From NCBI GenBank assembly GCA_004555175.1, contig SFJE01000012.1:2961-66960 (forward strand): DNA of 64,000 bases. Direction: 5' to 3'. Positions 46,149-54,604 of this stretch are shown here, in pieces (position 1 is the stretch's first letter; each line of letters starts with the position of its first letter). The position numbers and the translations under genes were made by a program. The notes beneath the pieces are model-generated. The model had not been told where the DNA came from, searched no databases, and saw only the letters and a list, made by a program, of their open reading frames with translations. The stretch is from Lentisphaeraceae bacterium. GTDB lineage: Bacteria; Verrucomicrobiota; Kiritimatiellia; RFP12; DVOR01.

Positions 46149-46448
46149 TTAAGGTTGATAGGTGGGGGAATTACGCTCGCGGATCCAACCGGAGATGCAG
46201 AAGAGGTCAATAAACCAACCGATACCGCAGAATGCACCGGTCAGCAAGTAGAGCACACCCCAGCCGATGTGCCCCAGGTAGAAGCGGTGAACCCCCAAGG
46301 TGCCCAAAAGCGCCCAAAAGACCCACACCAAGGCCGGATCAACCTCATCCCGCTGGACCATAGAAACCACCGGCTTCAACGCCTGACCACACTTCGGGCA
46401 AAAATTCATTTGCTCGGGAACAGGCGTTCCACAACTTGAACAAAACAC
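46149..46448 (-). CDS. TM2-domain membrane protein with an N-terminal zinc ribbon
   Basis: FCSSCG..FCPKCG zinc ribbon. GVHRFYLGHIGWGVLYLLTGAFCGIGWFIDLF is the TM2 signature. The track start is GTG 46457, but AAGGAG lies 8 nt upstream of GTG 46448 (MFCSSCG, parallel to MFCPTCG of the next gene), so I prefer 46448. Confidence 0.78.
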   Translation of the reverse strand: MFCSSCGTPVPEQMNFCPKCGQALKPVVSMVQRDEVDPALVWVFWALLGTLGVHRFYLGHIGWGVLYLLTGAFCGIGWFIDLFCISGWIRERNSPTYQP

Positions 46449-46487
46449 TATGCACACTCCTTCTTAAAGAAGTCCAACAACATCAAT

Positions 46488-46516
46488 ACTCTACTATCTC
46501 TTTTTCCGTTTGTCAA
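46488..46516 (-). promoter_or_regulatory. Putative promoter of the TM2-CD225-DUF2752 operon (TTGACA-17 nt-TAGAGT)
   Basis: The reverse complement of 46511-46516 is TTGACA and of 46488-46493 is TAGAGT, with exact 17-nt spacing. Confidence 0.5.
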
Positions 46517-46552
46517 TGCACCGATTGCGCAACTTCAGGGTCATAAGATGCG

Positions 46553-46587
46553 CGTGAACGGTGAACAGTGAAAGGTGAAGGCTGAGC
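46553..46587. repeat. Tandem heptamers cgtgaac ggtgaac agtgaaa ggtgaag gctgagc
   Basis: Read directly, between the CRISPR trailer and the TM2 operon promoter. The tail continues into a dispersed motif that also occurs at 30788-30813. Confidence 0.75.
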
Positions 46588-46695
46588 AAAGCGAGAGGTT
46601 ATGCCAATACGGCTTGCTGCTGCGCTCGCGTGAAGTGGCCCTGTGGGCCGTGAAGGGGGTAAAAGGTCTTTCACCTCAAGGTGTGTGAGGTGATA

Positions 46696-49600
46696 GTTTC
46701 AATTCGCACCCCCCGTGCGGGGGGCGACTTGAAAGGGCACGGAGCCCTTCGCAAAACCAAGGGTTTCAATTCGCGCCCCCCGTGCGGGGGGCGACCTCTG
46801 CCTGCTGCTGTTTGGCCTGATTGGCGAGTTTCTATTCGCGCCCCCCGTGCGGGGGGCGACTGCAGGACCTCGCCGCCAAGCGCGGCGCTGACTATGTTTC
46901 TATTCGCGCCCCCCGTGCGGGGGGCGACAGGACGGGCGGCAAAGTGCACACGGCCGCCAAGGAGTTTCTATTCGCGCCCCCCGTGCGGGGGGCGACCAAG
47001 CGCCTTATCGCCGGCAGGTGGGGCGCGCCAGTTTCTATTCGCGCCCCCCGTGCGGGGGGCGACGAGGTGCCCTTCCTGTTCCCGAACGCCGTCAGCGTTT
47101 CTATTCGCGCCCCCCGTGCGGGGGGCGACGCGTTCAGCGCGTCATCCTCTCCATCCTCATTGTTTCTATTCGCGCCCCCCGTGCGGGGGGCGACGTTCGA
47201 GACTACAAACGACACCAGCAAGGCCGGTTTCTATTCGCGCCCCCCGTGCGGGGGGCGGGTGTTTCTATTCGCGCCCCCCGTGCGGGGGGCGACACCTTTT
47301 CCAGCGCGTCACACCGCCGGCATTCGGTTTCTATTCGCGCCCCCCGTGCGGGGGGCGACGCATTCTCAACCTACTGTTGCTACCTAACGGCGTTTCTATT
47401 CGCGCCCCCCGTGCGGGGGGCGACACCGCAACACCTCGGCGGCCTATTTCGTGATGAGGTTTCTATTCGCGCCCCCCGTGCGGGGGGCGACTTTTGAGAC
47501 CACAAACGACACCAGCAAGGCGGGTTTCTATTCGCGCCCCCCGTGCGGGGGGCGACCGCCGCGCTGGAGCGTCACACCGACGCGGGGCGGTTTCTATTCG
47601 CGCCCCCCGTGCGGGGGGCGACCGTAGCCCTTGCAAGTGCAAAGCGCCTCTGGTCGTTTCTATTCGCGCCCCCCGTGCGGGGGGCGACTTGCCGAAGGAT
47701 ATCACGGTCCCCAGCGTCATTGTTTCTATTCGCGCCCCCCGTGCGGGGGGCGACGTTCGAGACTACAAACGACACCAGCAAGGCCGGTTTCTATTCGCGC
47801 CCCCCGTGCGGGGGGGGGGCGACTGAGGCTATTGGGATGTCAAGGCCTGCTATGGGGTTTCTATTCGCACCCCCCGTGCGGGGGGCGACCCCGCGCTCAC
47901 ACAGCGTGCCAGCGCGCACAAGTTTCTATTCGCGCCCCCCGTGCGGGGGGCGACCCATATCTGGCACGCCGCTAGAGCAAGCCTTTGTTTCTATTCGCGC
48001 CCCCCGTGCGGGGGGCGACAGGCCGCGCGCCGCGCCCGCGTCAAGGCCAAGGCGTTTCTATTCGCGCCCCCCGTGCGGGGGGCGACCCTCTGTCACGCCG
48101 TCAATGCGTCCCGTGACGGTGTTTCTATTCGCGCCCCCCGTGCGGGGGGCGACGCGCAGTTGCTTGCCGCTTTCGGCCATTTTCTGGTTTCTATTCGCGC
48201 CCCCCGTGCGGGGGGCGACTTCTCGACGCTCTTGCTCTGCGCAATGTCCTCGTTTCTATTCGCGCCCCCCGTGCGGGGGGCGACGTGTAAGGGTCTGCGA
48301 TGACCTCGATATAGTCGTTTCTATTCGCGCCCCCCGTGCGGGGGGCGACGCGGGCTGCCATCCTAACTCGTGGCTGTAAAAGTTTCTATTCGCGCCCCCC
48401 GTGCGGGGGGCGACGGAGGCCATCGAGGAGGCCAAGGCCGAGGCCAGTTTCTATTCGCGCCCCCCGTGCGGGGGGCGACCTGTATTCGCGTCCAGCACCT
48501 CTGCATAGTTGTTTCTATTCGCGCCCCCCGTGCGGGGGGCGACACGGCGAGCGCCTCTCACGCGAGGAACTGCGCGAGTTTCTATTCGCGCCCCCCGTGC
48601 GGGGGGCGACTGGTGCGCGCGCGGGGGCATATAGGTTTGGGATGTTTCTATTCGCGCCCCCCGTGCGGGGGGCGACACGGGGATGAGGATTTCGGCAAGT
48701 TCCTCAATGTTTCTATTCGCGCCCCCCGTGCGGGGGGCGACATCATCCGCCCAGTCACGCAGGCGCAAGCGCAGAGTTTCTATTCGCGCCCCCCGTGCGG
48801 GGGGCGACCCAGCGGCAACTTGCTTGCTTTCGGCCGCGATGTTTCTATTCGCGCCCCCCGTGCGGGGGGCGACCGATTAGGGGCTATCGGCCACAAGCTG
48901 GTCGATGTTTCTATTCGCGCCCCCCGTGCGGGGGGCGACGTGACCAAGGTAGGCCTCTATGTGCCCAGCGAGTTTCTATTCGCGCCCCCCGTGCGGGGGG
49001 CGACAGCATAGCGGTGGGGGCTTATTCGCCGCGCGTGTTTCTATTCGCGCCCCCCGTGCGGGGGGCGACATCGTGGGCGCTGACAGCAACGCAGAGACCA
49101 CGCTGGTTTCTATTCGCGCCCCCCGTGCGGGGGGCGACCTACCCCAACTACCCCTACTACCCCCACGAAAGTTTCTATTCGCGCCCCCCGTGCGGGGGGC
49201 GACTGGTGGCGATTTCGTCGGCCCCTGTGAGGCAGGTTTCTATTCGCGCCCCCCGTGCGGGGGGCGACACGCGTCCGCAACCGCCATCACGGTCCAGCGC
49301 GTGGTTTCTATTCGCGCCCCCCGTGCGGGGGGCGACGGATGGCGCATTTTCATACAACCCTGCAATTGTTTCTATTCGCGCCCCCCGTGCGGGGGGCGAC
49401 TTCGCCCGCCACCGTGGCACAATAAGGGCGAAAGTTTCTATTCGCGCCCCCCGTGCGGGGGGCGACCCGAGCCGCTGTGGTGGTGGCAAAGGGGTGTAGT
49501 TTCTATTCGCGCCCCCCGTGCGGGGGGCGACTCATCTCCAGCACCTTCTTCAACAGCTCCGCATGTTTCTATTCGCGCCCCCCGTGCGGGGGGCGACCAA

Positions 49601-52600
49601 CTCCGTTATCTCGCATTATTGCCCTTGCTGTTTCTATTCGCGCCCCCCGTGCGGGGGGCGACTGTTTTGGGCTTGCTCATAGGGTTTCCTCCGTGTTTCT
49701 ATTCGCGCCCCCCGTGCGGGGGGCGACTCGAGAGGTCTCCGTTGCTTGTGGACTTGCGAGGTTTCTATTCGCGCCCCCCGTGCGGGGGGCGACATAATAA
49801 GCATATCATCGATAGAGACCAAGGACTGTTTCTATTCGCGCCCCCCGTGCGGGGGGCGACCCAAGCCGTCATCTTTCATCTCAACCAGGAATTGGTTTCT
49901 ATTCGCGCCCCCCGTGCGGGGGGCGACATAATGTTGATGTATACTTCTTCGTTGCATCAAGTTTCTATTCGCGCCCCCCGTGCGGGGGGCGACGACACGC
50001 TCCAAGTAATCCTCAAGGCCGGGCAGTTTCTATTCGCGCCCCCCGTGCGGGGGGCGACCGCGCCTCCTAACGGCTTGTAGGCGCGCCCGGGGTTTCTATT
50101 CGCGCCCCCCGTGCGGGGGGCGACTCGGGCGCGGTGCGGAATGAGCCTACCACGCTTGTTTCTATTCGCGCCCCCCGTGCGGGGGGCGACTGCTTGCCAA
50201 GACCTCAACAGTTGCGACGGATGGTTTCTATTCGCGCCCCCCGTGCGGGGGGCGACCTATGCTCGCTTGGCTCAATAGCGTGGCCAGAGTTTCTATTCGC
50301 GCCCCCCGTGCGGGGGGCGACCCGACAAGGCCGACGCGCTTGAGGCCGATCTAGGTTTCTATTCGCGCCCCCCGTGCGGGGGGCGACATCGACGCTGTTA
50401 TCCGGCGGATGGCCGACCTCGGTTTCTATTCGCGCCCCCCGTGCGGGGGGCGACATACCGCCGCAACGGAGTAGCAGGAAATGCTGTTTCTATTCGCGCC
50501 CCCCGTGCGGGGGGCGACGTAGGCGCGGATAGCAACGCCGAAACTACGCTGGTTTCTATTCGCGCCCCCCGTGCGGGGGGCGACGAAGCCGTGCAGGATG
50601 CCACGCAAGAGCCTCAGGGTTTCTATTCGCGCCCCCCGTGCGGGGGGCGACTGGGCGAGTTCCTTCTCGACGAAATCTTCGCAGTTTCTATTCGCGCCCC
50701 CCGTGCGGGGGGCGACCATCATCTCTTCCCCCGCTCTTTGGTATATCAGTTTCTATTCGCGCCCCCCGTGCGGGGGGCGACCCGGGCTGCGGGTGTATAT
50801 ACCTCGTCTCCAAGTTTCTATTCGCGCCCCCCGTGCGGGGGGCGACAGCTTGACTCAGATGACTACCTAAAGATTGCTGTTTCTATTCGCGCCCCCCGTG
50901 CGGGGGGCGACATAGCGGCGGCATAGATGAGTTGGTGCTTGGGAAGTTTCTATTCGCGCCCCCCGTGCGGGGGGCGACGGCCTTGCCCAAACAATGAAGG
51001 ACGGCAGAGGTGTTTCTATTCGCGCCCCCCGTGCGGGGGGCGACAGCGCCTGCGCGATATGGGCGGAACGGCCGATGTTTCTATTCGCGCCCCCCGTGCG
51101 GGGGGCGACCAAGTTTGGCCTGCGCCATTGCTTAGGCTCCTAGTTTCTATTCGCGCCCCCCGTGCGGGGGGCGACCCCTCTGTTCTGAAGGGTCTCAATA
51201 AAGCTGTTGTTTCTATTCGCGCCCCCCGTGCGGGGGGCGACCGATTACGCGCGCGGAGGCAGAGGCGTGGACGGTTTCTATTCGCGCCCCCCGTGCGGGG
51301 GGCGACCCTGCGCATTACGAATGGCGCGGCGCGCGTTGAGTTTCTATTCGCGCCCCCCGTGCGGGGGGCGACAGTTCTTTCGTTGCCTGCGCCCCTAGAA
51401 ACAGTGTTTCTATTCGCGCCCCCCGTGCGGGGGGCGACCCAGTCGCGTTGCCGTGGTGCCGATCCGGCCTGTTTCTATTCGCGCCCCCCGTGCGGGGGGC
51501 GACAGCCGCCGCCGCGCTTGCGTGGCTACGCGCCGAGTTTCTATTCGCGCCCCCCGTGCGGGGGGCGACCCGCGTCACCTGTGGCCTCATAAGCGTAAGA
51601 CGCGTTTCTATTCGCGCCCCCCGTGCGGGGGGCGACATGGATATGGATACGTCGGGCGATGGGATCTCGTTTCTATTCGCGCCCCCCGTGCGGGGGGCGA
51701 CAGCCGACGCCGCACTTGCGTGGCTACGCGCCGAGTTTCTATTCGCGCCCCCCGTGCGGGGGGCGACGTGACCGTCACCGACCTCGACTTTTCCGCAGTC
51801 AGTTTCTATTCGCGCCCCCCGTGCGGGGGGCGACATCTTCTCCGCCATCGTCGACCGCTTCCTGCGCGTTTCTATTCGCGCCCCCCGTGCGGGGGGCGAC
51901 TGAGTCTCTCCTTATCGACACCCCTGGAAACAGACGTTTCTATTCGCGCCCCCCGTGCGGGGGGCGACGGACGGTTATCGATATGAACCACTACATACTC
52001 GTTTCTATTCGCGCCCCCCGTGCGGGGGGCGACCGGATAATTCCCGAAAAGTTTTTGGCGAGACAGTTTCTATTCGCGCCCCCCGTGCGGGGGGCGACCT
52101 CCTGTCGAGTAAGGAAGTAAGACAGGGCAAGTTTCTATTCGCGCCCCCCGTGCGGGGGGCGACGGTAGGGAGGATTTAAGCCGACCCCCTTCAGCGTTTC
52201 TATTCGCGCCCCCCGTGCGGGGGGCGACGTGTTTATTCGTGTAAGCGGCTCGACCGCAACGTTTCTATTCGCGCCCCCCGTGCGGGGGGCGACTCGGTTC
52301 GATTCCGTCAGTTGGCTCCATCCTTGTTTCTATTCGCGCCCCCCGTGCGGGGGGCGACACCGCCTCTTTTAGACTTTTATTCATTGATAAAAGTTTCTAT
52401 TCGCGCCCCCCGTGCGGGGGGCGACCTTGCTCACGCGCATAGGCCGGCCCTGCGCAATGGTTTCTATTCGCGCCCCCCGTGCGGGGGGCGACCGCGGCGA
52501 GGATGAGGGCGGCGAGTGCTGCGAGTTTCTATTCGCGCCCCCCGTGCGGGGGGCGACGGGTAGGCCGCGCGCGTTTTCGCCGGCTTTGATGTTTCTATTC

Positions 52601-54125
52601 GCGCCCCCCGTGCGGGGGGCGACCCGTGCCCGAGCCGCTAGAGCCACCACCCGAGGTTTCTATTCGCGCCCCCCGTGCGGGGGGCGACGCCTTGTCCCAT
52701 TCGCGCGTGTCGACTTTAAGGTTTCTATTCGCGCCCCCCGTGCGGGGGGCGACCGACCATCGGCATATAGGCCGCGCGGTCTGGCTGTTTCTATTCGCGC
52801 CCCCCGTGCGGGGGGCGACTCCTCGTTATGAGGTTTGCAAACCCCGGATGTGTTTCTATTCGCGCCCCCCGTGCGGGGGGCGACAGACCTGGCGCGCCCA
52901 GCGCTAACGATTTCCCGGTTTCTATTCGCGCCCCCCGTGCGGGGGGCGACTCCAGGCCAAACTGCACAACAAAGAGCGGCCAAGTTTCTATTCGCGCCCC
53001 CCGTGCGGGGGGCGACGGAAGGAGTCACGGTCGGTTTCCGAAATCGGGTTTCTATTCGCGCCCCCCGTGCGGGGGGCGACACCATCTCGCGCTCCTCGAT
53101 ACGCACGCCATAGTTTCTATTCGCGCCCCCCGTGCGGGGGGCGACCAAACAATCGTTGTGCCCCCGTCCATACCTACGAGTTTCTATTCGCGCCCCCCGT
53201 GCGGGGGGCGACCGACCCCCTTCAGCGTAAAGGATGCCTATTATGTTTCTATTCGCGCCCCCCGTGCGGGGGGCGACATGTAGCACGGTTGTTTAACCCT
53301 GTCAAGCGGTTTCTATTCGCGCCCCCCGTGCGGGGGGCGACCCGGACCTGAGGCCGGGCGCGCAACCACCGAGGTTTCTATTCGCGCCCCCCGTGCGGGG
53401 GGCGACTTCTTCGCGCGGGTCGGCGCGGAGGCGGCCTGGTTTCTATTCGCGCCCCCCGTGCGGGGGGCGACGTGGTCCAGCGCCAAGCCCGTGTGCGCCG
53501 ACTCGTTTCTATTCGCGCCCCCCGTGCGGGGGGCGACCGGCTACATCCACGCCACCACGCGCGATAGCGGTTTCTATTCGCGCCCCCCGTGCGGGGGGCG
53601 ACAGGCCGCAAACTAACACAGGAGCCAAAATGAAGTTTCTATTCGCGCCCCCCGTGCGGGGGGCGACATGGTGGCGAACTTTATGCCCATCCACTGGGAG
53701 TTTCTATTCGCGCCCCCCGTGCGGGGGGCGACTCTAAACGGCGCTGACCTCGCAAAGGTGATGGTTTCTATTCGCGCCCCCCGTGCGGGGGGCGACTTCT
53801 CTGACGACGCGCAAGTGGCCGCGCTGGGTTTCTATTCGCGCCCCCCGTGCGGGGGGCGACTACACTCGGCAGGGCGGATGCCAGCGAAGGCGCGTTTCTA
53901 TTCGCGCCCCCCGTGCGGGGGGCGACTGGGTTATCATTTCCTCGGCCAACATCAACGAGTTTCTATTCGCGCCCCCCGTGCGGGGGGCGACCAGACCGCG
54001 TGCGTGTGGGCGGCGTCGACGTGCAGTTTCTATTCGCGCCCCCCGTGCGGGGGGCGACATCGGGCGCGCTTCCTGCCTCACCGGGGCCGACGGTTTCTAT
54101 TCGCGCCCCCCGTGCGGGGGGCGAC
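46696..54125 (-). CRISPR. Type I-C CRISPR array with 114 repeats of 33 bp and 113 inter-repeat slots (spacers 32-36 nt, one slot empty)
   Basis: The plus-strand repeat is gtttctattcgcgccccccgtgcggggggcgac. In transcript sense it is GTCGCCCCCCGCACGGGGGGCGCGAATAGAAAC: a G/C stem GCCCCCC/GGGGGGC, loop GCAC and a ...GAAAC 3' end typical of I-C. I listed the repeat starts by hand from 46696 to 54093, with spacing of 64-70 nt. Degenerate repeats sit at the low-coordinate end (46696, 46763), and an AT-rich leader plus cas2 sit at the high-coordinate end, which fixes the minus orientation. Confidence 0.97.
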
Positions 54126-54302
54126 CGCGGAAAAGGTCTCCTTTTCCGGCGTTTTTCACCTTATTTGAGGTGTAAAACGGAGATATTTTAACAGAATAGT
54201 TTGAATTTGATTGTCAAAGAGCGTTAAAAAGAGGGAAGAGGTGGTGTTTTGGGGGTGCGAAGGGGTAGGGAAAAGGGTGTGAACTTGAGGTTCGCGGAAG
54301 GA
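54126..54302 (-). promoter_or_regulatory. CRISPR leader with a putative extended -10 promoter
   Basis: An AT-rich stretch between cas2 and the first repeat in an otherwise GC-rich locus. The reverse complement of 54185-54193 is TGtTAAAAT, and TTGACA is the reverse complement of 54212-54217 (21 nt upstream, so probably not the -35). A 9-bp perfect palindrome cggaaaagg-tct-ccttttccg lies at 54128-54148. Confidence 0.7.
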
Positions 54303-54596
54303 TTAGATGTCGAGGAGGTCTTGGGAGAGGTCTGGGGTTGGCTTTGCACCGTAGTGGTGGATGTGGTTGTGGTAGTTGTTCCCGAGGTTGTAATAGCGCA
54401 GGCTGTCGAGGGCGGGGTCGCAGATGGTTTCGAGTTGAGCTTTGAGGGTGAGCCATTGGCTCCAATCGAGGTTACATTCGAAGACGGAGTTCTGGACGCG
54501 GATGCCCCAGTTTTGGCAGGCTTTGGCGATTTGCCGGAGGCGTCTGCGTCCGGCTGCGGTGACGGTGTTGACGTCGTAGCTGACGAGGATAAGCAT
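54303..54596 (-). CDS. cas2: CRISPR-associated endoribonuclease Cas2
   Basis: MLILVSYDV..RLRQIAKACQNWGIRVQNSVFEC is a typical Cas2 sequence, placed last in the cas operon next to the leader. Confidence 0.95.
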   Translation of the reverse strand: MLILVSYDVNTVTAAGRRRLRQIAKACQNWGIRVQNSVFECNLDWSQWLTLKAQLETICDPALDSLRYYNLGNNYHNHIHHYGAKPTPDLSQDLLDI

Positions 54597-54604
54597 TTTT
54601 GGGG

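Noticed and set aside
46671-54191. Dozens of 60-370-aa ORFs on both strands across 46.7-54.2 kb (peptides such as SIRAPRAGGD, FLFAPPVRGAT, FYSRPPCGGR).
   Set aside because: They are translations of the 33-bp CRISPR repeat in its three frames joined by spacers. None is a gene.
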